Shown here: positions 10,677 through 20,013 of the stretch, in pieces | Layout: every line of letters starts with the position of its first letter | Numbering within the stretch: position 1 is the first letter of the stretch | DNA from: an uncultured Poribacteria bacterium | Lineage (GTDB): Bacteria; Poribacteria; WGA-4E; WGA-3G | Reading direction: 5' to 3' | NCBI GenBank assembly: GCA_958296135.2 | Contig: CATQHZ020000001.1 | Coordinates: 320,001 to 384,000 of the forward strand | DNA length: 64,000 nucleotides | The notes under the pieces: model-generated | Told to the model about the DNA's origin: nothing | The model's input: only the letters and a program-made list of their open reading frames with translations | The model's database searches: none | Position numbers and translations under genes: made by a program

Positions 10677-10770
10677 AAAACCCTTTCCTGTGAAAAAGTC
10701 AATCTGTCGCGTTCAAAATATCCCCTTCATTATACCCCATAAAAACCGAAAAGTCAACATTAAATTTTTC

Positions 10771-10817
10771 TTGACATTTAAGTTGATATAATGTATAATT
10801 TAGTCATACCTAAATTA
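10771..10817 (+). promoter_or_regulatory. Consensus sigma70 promoter overlapped by DtxR/MntR-type operator
   Basis: TTGACA 10771-10776, 17 nt, TATAAT 10794-10799; inverted repeat TAATTTAG-tcatac-CTAAATTA 10796-10817. Confidence 0.85.
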
Positions 10818-10881
10818 ATTTCTAAATGTCCCTAACAATCTTGGCAGGCAGTGCCTAAATTTTGGGGATACAGACGCAAAT

Positions 10882-11562
10882 GTGGAAATAGGAATGATGC
10901 TGACACACGCAGCTGAGGACTATCTCAAGTCCATCTATAAGTTACAAGAAAAGGGCAGTAAGGTGTCAACCGGCCTTTTAGCCGAGACGCTCAACGTTAA
11001 GCCCGCTTCAGCGACCGGCATGCTGAAAAAACTGAAGACGATGAAATTGGTGTGCCAAGAACGGTATCAGGAAATCACGCTGACTGCGGCAGGCGAGGCA
11101 ATCGCGCTGGAAATCATTCGGCACCACCGCTTGCTGGAGCTCTACCTGTTCAAGGCACTCGGTGTGCCGTGGGAGAGTGTGCATGAAGAAGCCGAGAAAC
11201 TGGAGCATGTCATTTCCGAAGATGTGGAAGAACGGATAGATGCCATCCTCGGCTATCCAACCGCCGACCCGCACGGCGCGCCGATACCCGATAAGAACGG
11301 CGTTGTTACGCGAACCGCTGACGCATCGATGACAACGCTTCGCAAAGGACAATCGTGCATTGTCGCCGAAGTCAGCGATACTGATTCAGCATTGCTACAA
11401 TATGTCGGCGAGTTGAACCTTTATCCCGGCACCGCCTTTCAGGTGCTTGATGTCGCCCCGTTTGAGGGGCCTTTTACCATTGACATCGCGGGACAGCAAG
11501 CTGTCATCGGACGCGAGGTCGCGAAGCACATTTTTGTCGCCGAAGTGCGGGAAGAAGGATAA
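10882..11562 (+). CDS. mntR: DtxR/MntR/TroR family metal-dependent repressor with FeoA-like C-terminal domain
   Basis: EDYLKSIY, RHHRLLELYL, VHEEAEKLEH, DPHGAPIP; start may be ATG 10894. Confidence 0.92.
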   Translation: MEIGMMLTHAAEDYLKSIYKLQEKGSKVSTGLLAETLNVKPASATGMLKKLKTMKLVCQERYQEITLTAAGEAIALEIIRHHRLLELYLFKALGVPWESVHEEAEKLEHVISEDVEERIDAILGYPTADPHGAPIPDKNGVVTRTADASMTTLRKGQSCIVAEVSDTDSALLQYVGELNLYPGTAFQVLDVAPFEGPFTIDIAGQQAVIGREVAKHIFVAEVREEG

Positions 11563-11565
11563 AAA

Positions 11566-12714
11566 ATGGAACGACACAACACTACCCCGACTACCCCGAC
11601 GGATAGCAAAACGCTCAAAACGTGGAAACACCACCTGCAGGATGAGGTAGATGCCAGGTTCCTTTACGAGGTTTTCACCGAACTTGAGCCAGATGCGAAG
11701 CGTAAAAAAATATTAGGCGGGTTAGCAGCCGTCGAAGACGAGCACGTCACCCGATGGCAGCAGCTGCTCGCTGTCTCTAACGTCAAGCATAAGCCGCCGC
11801 AACCGACAGTGAAGGCGCGGCTGATGGCGTGGTGCGCCCGCCGGTTTGGCGGCGAATTCTTCCTCGCGCAAATGCTGAACGCGGAAGCGGGGGAAGTCAA
11901 GGACTACCTAACGCTCCATAAAAACAGCACGCACTCAGGCGCGAAAGAGATGGCACTCGATCTGGCGAAAGAATCCGCCAAGCACACCGAAAGTCTGCAG
12001 GAACTGACCGGCACCAGCGAAGAACCGTGGCACAAAACCGAATCCGGCGGCATGGTAGGCAACGTTGTCTACGGCTTTAACGATGGGCTCACAGCGAACT
12101 TCGGCCTCGTCGCCGGCGTCATCGCCGCGACGCAGGATACCTCTATCATTCTCGTGACCGGCATCGTTGGCACCGTCGCCGACGCGCTCTCTATGGGCGC
12201 CTCCGGGTACCTCGCAGCGAAAAGCGAATTGGAGGTATACGAGCACGAGATTAAGGTTGAATATGATGAAATTTGCTTCATGCCGGACCTCGAGGAAGAC
12301 GAACTCGCGCTTATCTATGAGGCACGCGGCATCGCACCAGAGCCTGCACGAAACCTCGCGCGGGAAATCATGCAGGACCCCGAGCGGGCCCTCGCTGAAA
12401 AGATACAGTCGGAACTCAAGATAGGCGAAACATACACTACACCGTTCAAAGAAGGGTGGATCACCGGGTTAGCCACCGCCATAGGGGCTTTTATTCCAGT
12501 GGCTCCCTTCTTGTGGCTCTCCGGGACCCTCGCTGTCTGGCTCGCATTCGCGCTCGCCATGCTGTCGCACTTCGCTGTCGGCGGAACGCGAAGCCTGTTC
12601 ACCGGACGCGGCCTCATTCGGAGTGGGATTGACATGTTTGCCGTCGGCCTCGGTGTCGCAGGCGTAGGATACATCGTCGGGGCACTTTTAGAACACTTTT
12701 TCTTTGGAAATTAG
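11566..12714 (+). CDS. VIT1/CCC1 family Fe/Mn transporter with N-terminal ferritin/rubrerythrin-like domain
   Basis: ExxH motifs (EDEH, ESAKH) in N-domain; VYGFNDGL and ALSMGASGYL VIT1 motifs. Confidence 0.88.
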   Translation: MERHNTTPTTPTDSKTLKTWKHHLQDEVDARFLYEVFTELEPDAKRKKILGGLAAVEDEHVTRWQQLLAVSNVKHKPPQPTVKARLMAWCARRFGGEFFLAQMLNAEAGEVKDYLTLHKNSTHSGAKEMALDLAKESAKHTESLQELTGTSEEPWHKTESGGMVGNVVYGFNDGLTANFGLVAGVIAATQDTSIILVTGIVGTVADALSMGASGYLAAKSELEVYEHEIKVEYDEICFMPDLEEDELALIYEARGIAPEPARNLAREIMQDPERALAEKIQSELKIGETYTTPFKEGWITGLATAIGAFIPVAPFLWLSGTLAVWLAFALAMLSHFAVGGTRSLFTGRGLIRSGIDMFAVGLGVAGVGYIVGALLEHFFFGN

Positions 12715-12812
12715 GCGCACCCAGTAGGAGAGAGCTCCCAGTCTTGAGCCCGCGTGCATCAGAACCGGGCGGCACCTCCTACTGAATGCCTATAGCGAAA
12801 GGAACTAAGGCT

Positions 12813-13772
12813 ATGCAGCGAATAAACATCGTTTTAAGGCATTGCTTGATTGCACTAGGTATCATAGCCCTACTGACATGCATCGGCTGTGATGGAAAGA
12901 GACAGCCCGATGCCGCAATGGCAGGGCGGCTCCGCGTCGTCACGACAATCGGGATGATAACCGACATCGTCAAAAACGTCGGCGATGCGCATGTTGAAGT
13001 AACGGGACTGATGGGGCCCGGCGTAGATCCGCACCTTTACAAAGCCACCGCCGGCGACGTGGCACGTTTGGCATCCGCGAAACTCATTTTCTACAACGGG
13101 CTGCACCTTGAGTCAAAAATGGGCGAAATCCTCGCCAAGATGACTGGGAATACGAAAACCGTCGCTGTTACTGATGATGTCAACCGGGCGCGGCTCCTAA
13201 CGCCACCCGAATTTGAGGGACAATACGACCCGCACTTATGGTTTGACGTGACGCTGTGGATGAAAGCCGTGGAAAAGGTGCGCGACACCCTCACTGAAAT
13301 CGACCCGGGACATCAAGCCGACTACGAGGCGAACGCCGAACGTTACCTCGCCGAACTCGCCAAACTGCATCGGTATGTCAAAACGCAGGCGGAGAAAGTA
13401 CCGCCGGAACAACGCGTGCTTGTAACGGCGCACGATGCTTTTAATTACTTCGGGAATGCCTACGGATTTGAGGTGCGCGGACTACAAGGCATTAGCACGG
13501 CAACCGAGGCTGGCATCGCAGACGTTCAAGAGTTGGCAACCTTTATCGCCGAGCGGCGTATCCCAGCAATCTTTGTGGAATCCTCAGTCTCTTCACGGAG
13601 CATTGAAGCGGTGAAAGCCGCTGTCAAATCGAGAGGGTTCAACGTTGAAATCGGGGGAGAACTTTTCTCAGATGCGATGGGCACCGAAGGGACTCCCGAA
13701 GGTACTTATATCGGCATGGTGCAGCACAATATCGATACAATTGTCACCGCATTGACAGCAGTGCAACCGTAA
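12813..13772 (+). CDS. troA: Mn/Zn/Fe ABC transporter substrate-binding lipoprotein
   Basis: Lipobox CIGC; GPGVDPHLY, YDPHLWFD, TAHDAFNYF, LFSDAMG. Confidence 0.92.
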   Translation: MQRINIVLRHCLIALGIIALLTCIGCDGKRQPDAAMAGRLRVVTTIGMITDIVKNVGDAHVEVTGLMGPGVDPHLYKATAGDVARLASAKLIFYNGLHLESKMGEILAKMTGNTKTVAVTDDVNRARLLTPPEFEGQYDPHLWFDVTLWMKAVEKVRDTLTEIDPGHQADYEANAERYLAELAKLHRYVKTQAEKVPPEQRVLVTAHDAFNYFGNAYGFEVRGLQGISTATEAGIADVQELATFIAERRIPAIFVESSVSSRSIEAVKAAVKSRGFNVEIGGELFSDAMGTEGTPEGTYIGMVQHNIDTIVTALTAVQP

Positions 13773-13893
13773 AAAACGCCACGCCAGCACGTAGGGCGAG
13801 GGCCTGTCTCTTGATGTCTCACATGAAAATACACTTCGGCGCGTAGCGCGAGGCCCTGTCCCTCGCGCTCTAATACTCAGAGGAGGAGCCGGC

Positions 13894-14634
13894 GTGAATA
13901 CTCTCGAAACGAAAGCCATTGAGGTAACCGACCTCACCGTCGCATATCAGGAAAAACCGGTCTTGTGGGATGTCGATCTGGACGTGCCCCCCGGCGTGCT
14001 GCTAGCAATCGTCGGCCCCAACGGTGCCGGCAAAACGACGCTGATTAAGGCGATTTTGGGACTTGTCCGCCCCGCCGCGGGGCGCGTCTTAATTTACGAG
14101 AAACCTTATCCCGCGCAACGGCGAATTGTCGGATATGTCCCGCAACGCGGCAGTGTCGACTGGGATTTTCCCACCAATGTCCTAGATGTCGTGATGATGG
14201 GACGTTACGGCAATTTGGGCTGGATCCGGCGACCGGGGAAGGCGGAACGTGAACTCGCGATGAACGCACTAGAAAAAGTCGGCATGCAGGCGTATGCAGA
14301 AAGGCAGATAAGCCAACTCTCCGGCGGACAGCAGCAGCGCGTCTTCCTCGCCCGCGCCCTCGTCCAAGATGCCACCGTCTATTTCATGGACGAACCGTTC
14401 CAAGGAGTTGACGCAACGACAGAACGCGCAATCGTGGCACTGCTGCAAGAGCTCCGGGCGAACGGCAAAACAGTCGTCGTCGTGCATCATGATCTTCAGA
14501 CTGTCACAGACTATTTTGACTGGGTGATGCTCTTAAACATCCATCGCATTGCCAGCGGACCGGTTGAAGAAACGTTCACCTCGGACAATTTACGCCAGAC
14601 ATACGGCGGACGCGTCGCTTTCATGAAAAATTAA
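13894..14634 (+). CDS. troB: Metal ABC transporter ATP-binding protein
   Basis: [32 protein letters not shown]. Confidence 0.95.
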   Translation: MNTLETKAIEVTDLTVAYQEKPVLWDVDLDVPPGVLLAIVGPNGAGKTTLIKAILGLVRPAAGRVLIYEKPYPAQRRIVGYVPQRGSVDWDFPTNVLDVVMMGRYGNLGWIRRPGKAERELAMNALEKVGMQAYAERQISQLSGGQQQRVFLARALVQDATVYFMDEPFQGVDATTERAIVALLQELRANGKTVVVVHHDLQTVTDYFDWVMLLNIHRIASGPVEETFTSDNLRQTYGGRVAFMKN

Positions 14635-14648
14635 GAATCCTTCGTCAC

Positions 14649-14695
14649 GTAGCGCAAGAGCCCAGCGAGCACGAATCGCCGAGAGTTTCGCTCGC
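14649..14695 (+). repeat. REP family A variant carrying cargo type 2
   Basis: GTAGCGCAAGAGC-CCAGCGAGCACGAATCGCCGAGAGTTTC-GCTCGC; similar to 25855-25902 and reverse 28076-28109. Confidence 0.65.
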
Positions 14696-14708
14696 AATCG
14701 TTCAACCT

Positions 14709-15698
14709 ATGAAAACGCTCATACCTTTTAATTACACACTCATAGTTGTCGCCATCGGTTCGGCACTGCTCGGTATCATCAGCGGCGCGCTCGGCACTTA
14801 CGCCGTTTTGCGGCGGCAGAGCCTCCTCGGCGATGCTATCTCGCACGCCGCACTGCCCGGCATCGCCATCGCATTTTTGCTCACCGGCAGCAAAACGCCG
14901 CTGATTCTAGTGCTCGGTGCCGCTCTGGCCGGATGGCTCGGCACACTGCTGATTTTAAGCATCATCAAACTCACCCGCATCAAATACGACAGCGCGCTCG
15001 CGCTCGTGCTCTCCACCTTTTTCGGATGCGGGTTAGTCCTGCACACCCTCATTCAGCGGACCGGCAATGCGAATCAGGCGGGGCTAGATACGTTCCTCTT
15101 CGGGCAAGCCGCTTCGCTTCTGGAACGCGATGTGCTGACGATGGGCATCCTCGGCGGTATCGCGCTTCTCATCATGTCTCTCTTTTGGAAAGAGTTGAAA
15201 CTGCTCGTTTTTGATGAGGCGTTCGCGACATCGATCGGCTTGCCGGTCCGCGCCCTCGATATTCTACTGACGAGTCTCTTAACCGTCGCCATTGTCCTCG
15301 GTTTACAAGCGGTAGGTGCTGTGCTGATGAGCGCGATGTTAGTTGCCCCTGCTGTTGCGGCGCGGCAATGGACAGACCGGCTCGCGCACATGGTGCTTCT
15401 CGCCGCGCTCTTTGGTGCAATCGCCGGGGTGAGCGGAACGGTTATCAGTAGCAGTGCCTCACGCATCCCAACCGGGCCAACTATCGTGCTATGTGCAACA
15501 GTCATCGTCGGATTCTCCATCGCACTTGCACCGAACCGAGGGCTGGTGTGGCACTGGGTGCGGCAGAGAAAAAATAAGGCGAGGATGCAACGGCATGGTA
15601 AGACAACCTTCACCGCGCAAGAGAAACTCGCCGAACGCCTCGCGACAGACAGAAAATTGTTGGAAAGTCCTCAGCGTGAAGGGGATTTGGAGGCATAA
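14709..15698 (+). CDS. troC: Metal ABC transporter permease
   Basis: LRRQSLLGDAISHAALPG; FLFGQA; PTGPTIV. Confidence 0.92.
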   Translation: MKTLIPFNYTLIVVAIGSALLGIISGALGTYAVLRRQSLLGDAISHAALPGIAIAFLLTGSKTPLILVLGAALAGWLGTLLILSIIKLTRIKYDSALALVLSTFFGCGLVLHTLIQRTGNANQAGLDTFLFGQAASLLERDVLTMGILGGIALLIMSLFWKELKLLVFDEAFATSIGLPVRALDILLTSLLTVAIVLGLQAVGAVLMSAMLVAPAVAARQWTDRLAHMVLLAALFGAIAGVSGTVISSSASRIPTGPTIVLCATVIVGFSIALAPNRGLVWHWVRQRKNKARMQRHGKTTFTAQEKLAERLATDRKLLESPQREGDLEA

Positions 15699-15752
15699 AG
15701 GCTGCGGACAGATATAGAAATCTGTCCTTACAATTACTGTGCGGGGAATACT

Positions 15753-16862
15753 ATGGCAATCCATCAACTTGAAATCCAACTCATCGCGATTGTTGTCGCC
15801 GTGGCTTGTGCCTTGCCCGGCGTATTCCTCGTCCTCCGCAGGATGACGCTGATGAGCGACGCGATTAGCCACGCAATCCTCCCAGGCATCGTGCTCGCCT
15901 TCTTTCTCACAGAAAGCCTCTCGTCACCGCTCCTCATTCTGGCAGCGGCCGGCACCGGGGTCCTCACCGTCCTTGTCGTTGAACTGCTACAACGGACGAA
16001 ACTGGTAAAAGCGGACGCAGCGATAGGGTTGACATTCCCCGCGCTTTTCAGCATCGGCGTTATCCTCATTTCGCGGTTCGCCGGCAACGTGCATCTTGAT
16101 ATGGATGCCGTGCTACTCGGCGAACTCGCGTATGCGCATTTAAACCGATTAGAGGTTTTTGGCATCAATCTGGGCCCCGTATCCCTCTACGTCATGGGCA
16201 CGATTTTGGTGCTGAACCTCACCTTTATTCTCCTCTTTTACAAGGAACTGAAAGTCGCCACGTTTGATGCGAGTTTGGCTGCCTCGCTCGGTTTCGCGCC
16301 CGCGCTCATTCACTACGGGTTGATGACGTTGGTATCCATCACGACGGTGGGCGCGTTTGACGCAGTCGGCTCCATCTTAGTCGTCGCGTTGATTGCCGGC
16401 CCGCCTGCAACTGCGTATCTGATAACAGACAGTCTTGCGCGGATGCTCATCCTGAGTGCTATCCTCGGCAGCGTGAACGCTGTCAGCGGCTACTGGCTCG
16501 CGCACCTCTTCGATGTCTCCATTGCCGGCGCGATTGCGACGACGACGCTGCTCATGTTCGGCATCATATTTTTGGGTGTGCCCGAGCGCGGGGTTATCGC
16601 CATTGCACGCCGCCGACACCGCCAGAAGTTGGAATTTGCACAGACGATGCTCGTCATCCATCTCCTCAATCACGAAGGTTTGCCAGAAGCCGCGCAGGAA
16701 TCACAGGTATCTCATCTTCAGGAACATCTACGGTGGGAGGGGCAGTTCGCCGCCCAAATCGTGAGATACGCTTTAGAGAATCGCTGCGTATCCCAAGCGA
16801 ATGGGCAATTGGCCTTGACAGCGCGCGGGCGGGGTATTGCCCAGGAGGCACTCGTTCAATAA
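15753..16862 (+). CDS. troD: Metal ABC transporter permease with soluble C-terminal extension
   Basis: LRRMTLMSDAISHAILPG; HLDMDAVLLGE; ~80-aa soluble tail ending LTARGR. Confidence 0.9.
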   Translation: MAIHQLEIQLIAIVVAVACALPGVFLVLRRMTLMSDAISHAILPGIVLAFFLTESLSSPLLILAAAGTGVLTVLVVELLQRTKLVKADAAIGLTFPALFSIGVILISRFAGNVHLDMDAVLLGELAYAHLNRLEVFGINLGPVSLYVMGTILVLNLTFILLFYKELKVATFDASLAASLGFAPALIHYGLMTLVSITTVGAFDAVGSILVVALIAGPPATAYLITDSLARMLILSAILGSVNAVSGYWLAHLFDVSIAGAIATTTLLMFGIIFLGVPERGVIAIARRRHRQKLEFAQTMLVIHLLNHEGLPEAAQESQVSHLQEHLRWEGQFAAQIVRYALENRCVSQANGQLALTARGRGIAQEALVQ

Positions 16863-17321
16863 AACCAAATTAGGCTGACCAGGATGCGTCGCCCACCAGC
16901 AGCGCGAACCTGAAATAAGTAGCGCGTAACTGCACTTTTTTGCCCACAAAAAACTTGTATTAAAATGTGCGTTTTGGTATGCTATGAGATGGGTGAATTC
17001 AGAAGGAATTGCACTGCAGTGTGTTACAGCGTTCCGCGCCATCCACGAGATGAAGCCCTCAGGAAACGCATGGACATGCTCTCGGAAAAATCTACCTAAA
17101 TCCAATGTTGCGGAAAAAATAATGCAAGGATACCTGTCTTGACAAAGATCACGTCTATCAAGACAGGCGAGCTGCGTTGTCAGACCGACTGACTACCGTG
17201 CAGGCAGTTTGCAAAAGACGTGACCGTTGTCAGATTGCCAAACCACTGTGAAGATGGTCTGGTAGGGAAACGTCATTAAACCAGCAGCACCTCGCCGAAC
17301 GCATTGCGAACGACAAAAAAT

Positions 17322-18452
17322 ATGAAAAACTACCGTATTGCAATCATTGGCCTCGGCGGCATGGGAAAGGCGCATGCCGAGGCAGTAGAATTAGAGGAAA
17401 ATTGTGAACTCGTCGCCGGGGCAGAGATTGATCTGGGGCGCGCGGCAGCGTGGGGAAAACGCTTCAATGTCACAGCCCTCTATGACGATTACGAGAAAAT
17501 GCTTGATGAGCAACACTCCGACATTGTCATTGTCCCAACGCAGGCACCGATGCACTACGCACCGACGATAGCGGCGGCACAGCGCGGCATCCACGTTTTC
17601 TGTGAAAAGCCGATTGCGTTGAACCTTATTGAGGCGGACGAGATGGTTGAAACCTGCGCCCGGCACAGCGTCAAGTTCGCCATTAACCACATCAAACGCG
17701 CCAGTCCCTACAATCGGCATGTCCTGTCGCTGATCGACAGCGGGGACATCGGCGACGTAGTCCTGCTGAAGGCGACAGACAAAGGCGGCAGGAAGGTTGG
17801 CAATTCGCTGATGGAGATGGGCACGCATCTCTACGATTGGGTACGGCTCTTCGGCGGCGATGTGGAGTGGGCACACGCGCACCTCGTTCAGATGGACGGC
17901 CGCGAGTCAACCGTTGACGACATTAAACATACCCAAGAAGTGCATCCGCACGACAGAGATGCAGGAATTGTGCTTGGCGAACGCGGACACGCCGCCTTCC
18001 GCTTCAAAAACGGCATCCATGCGGATGTCCAATACCTCGCGCAGCCGCAGACGAACGATAACGGCTACGGCATCGATATCATCGGTACCGAAGGACGCAT
18101 CGCTGTCCGAGAGAGCGTCGGCACGACGATGTTTATCCATCGCGGACAACACAAAACACCGGCAGATGCGTGGGAACCGGTGCATCTACCCGCGGAAGAC
18201 TTGGACGCGCACGGCAATCCGCGAGATAACGCATCGGTGCGGCTGTTATTGCAACGCCTAATGCTCCGAGATCTGATTGAAGCCATTGAGGCAGACCGGG
18301 AGCCGTTCGCAAGCGGCAGGGATGGACGGGATTGTCTTGAGATGATTCATGCGACGTGGGAGTCGCATCGTCGGCAGGCACGGGTGTATCTGCCGTTAAC
18401 GTCGCGCGAACATCCGCTTGAACGGTGGCAGAGAGAGGCGGGTGAAGTGTAA
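17322..18452 (+). CDS. Gfo/Idh/MocA family oxidoreductase
   Basis: IAIIGLGGMG, HVFCEKP, MGTHLYD. Confidence 0.9.
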   Translation: MKNYRIAIIGLGGMGKAHAEAVELEENCELVAGAEIDLGRAAAWGKRFNVTALYDDYEKMLDEQHSDIVIVPTQAPMHYAPTIAAAQRGIHVFCEKPIALNLIEADEMVETCARHSVKFAINHIKRASPYNRHVLSLIDSGDIGDVVLLKATDKGGRKVGNSLMEMGTHLYDWVRLFGGDVEWAHAHLVQMDGRESTVDDIKHTQEVHPHDRDAGIVLGERGHAAFRFKNGIHADVQYLAQPQTNDNGYGIDIIGTEGRIAVRESVGTTMFIHRGQHKTPADAWEPVHLPAEDLDAHGNPRDNASVRLLLQRLMLRDLIEAIEADREPFASGRDGRDCLEMIHATWESHRRQARVYLPLTSREHPLERWQREAGEV

Positions 18453-18754
18453 AGTTCCAAGCGACTGAGTTCTCAAGACCTTGGTATTCGGGGTGTCCCT
18501 GCCGCCCCCTAGTGATTCTGGTTGCCGCCTTGACTACTCACACCGAATTGCTGGCAGACGCGTACAACTTGGCAATTCGCATCTTCCTGATCCCCCAGGG
18601 CATCGGATATCTGATTATTGGCGTGGAAACGTATACAGAATTTGGTGAATAATCGCGGTTACCATAGAAAAGGTGACGCACATGCAGAATACACGCATTT
18701 CTGATGAGGAGGGTTTGCCGAGCGCACCAGCAAACTCAGCTACAGGAGATAACG

Positions 18755-19630
18755 ATGAACGCAAAATCAATCGCGCGGCGTTTTGGATTGAGCACGGACG
18801 AACTTTCACAGTGGAACGAGAACGGTTACCTCGTCCGCTTGGATGTATTCACCGCTGAAGAGAACGATGCACTCCGTCAAGTCGCTGAAAACATTGTCGA
18901 TGGAAAACGCCCGTTTCCATCCGCACATATCGATCAGAACGCACTTGTGAAAGACGGGAAAGTGGAGGAGGCAGGCATCTACGCAATGCACAAGATTCAT
19001 CATCCGAGTTGTTACTGCCCAGAATTCCTCGCCCGTGTGCGAGACCCGCGGCTAACGGACCCGCTCGTCGATCTGCTTGGACCCGATATCCTCGGCATCA
19101 ACAATCTATTTATCTGGAAAGCTCCCAAGATTGGCCTCGGCTTCCCATGGCATCAAGACAAGTTCTACTTCCGTAGCCGATTTAAGACTGATACGACTAT
19201 CGGGACGTGGACTGCTATTGACGCGGCAGACCGGGAGAACGGCTGTCTCTATGTTATCCCCGGCAGCCACAAAGGCCATATTTTTCAGCACGATAACCTT
19301 GATGGCCCACAACAACAGGAGTTCAAACTCGCTCGCGGGGTCCGCGACGAAGACGGTGTTGCAGTAGAAGTGCCGCCCGGCGCGGTAATCTGGTTCCACA
19401 GTCACCTCCTGCATAAAAGCATGGACAACCACAGCCTGCGATTTCGCCGCAGCTACGTCTCCCATTACCTCAGTGCACACGCAGAATGGGCACGGCCTCC
19501 ATCGGAGAGGGGTCGAGGCCAACCTGTCATGTGGATTCGCGGTGAGACTTTCCACGACAAGATCCACGAAGTTGAACGCGACGTACTCGTTCCTGAATCC
19601 GAAGGAAAAATGGAACTTCGTCCAACTTGA
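18755..19630 (+). CDS. Phytanoyl-CoA dioxygenase (PhyH) family Fe(II)/2OG oxygenase
   Basis: PWHQD (HxD), ENGCLYVIPGSH, LLHKS..N...RR; AGGAG RBS before 18755. Confidence 0.92.
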   Translation: MNAKSIARRFGLSTDELSQWNENGYLVRLDVFTAEENDALRQVAENIVDGKRPFPSAHIDQNALVKDGKVEEAGIYAMHKIHHPSCYCPEFLARVRDPRLTDPLVDLLGPDILGINNLFIWKAPKIGLGFPWHQDKFYFRSRFKTDTTIGTWTAIDAADRENGCLYVIPGSHKGHIFQHDNLDGPQQQEFKLARGVRDEDGVAVEVPPGAVIWFHSHLLHKSMDNHSLRFRRSYVSHYLSAHAEWARPPSERGRGQPVMWIRGETFHDKIHEVERDVLVPESEGKMELRPT

Positions 19631-19797
19631 TTTCACGGTAAGAAAGCATAATCGCGCTACAGCCTGCACAACTGCAGGACATGTCTCAAAACCAACCCCG
19701 TACGGTTTGAAACCGCACCTGCCGGATTTTTTTATTTCTCACTATCCTTTTTAGCCTGAGATGACTCTATATAACAGAACAAACGCAAAACGAGCCC

Positions 19798-19967
19798 GTA
19801 GGAGAGACCTCCCGCGTCTTGACACAGCGCACATCGGGACAGGGATGTCCCTCCTACTGAACACATCGGGACAGGGATGTCCTTCCTACATGAACACATC
19901 GGGACAGGGATGTCCCTCCTACATGAACACATCGGGACAGGGATGTCCCTCCTACTGAACACATCGG
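19798..19967. repeat. REP family D: one forward unit plus four tandem 32-33-bp reverse units
   Basis: GTAGGAGAGACCTCCCGCGTCT then 4x ACACATCGGGACAGGGATGTCC(C/T)TCCTAC(A)TGA. Confidence 0.9.
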
Positions 19968-20013
19968 CAACGCGCGTCCAGGGAACAACGAATTTGCGTC
20001 AACCTAAAGGAAA

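Noticed and set aside
18460-18700. Hydrophobic reading-frame remnant
   Set aside because: No start and interrupted; cannot be assigned
19830-19967. CRISPR array or small Cys-rich ORFs (19732..19962, 19761..19958)
   Set aside because: No spacers; the ORFs are translations of the tandem repeat
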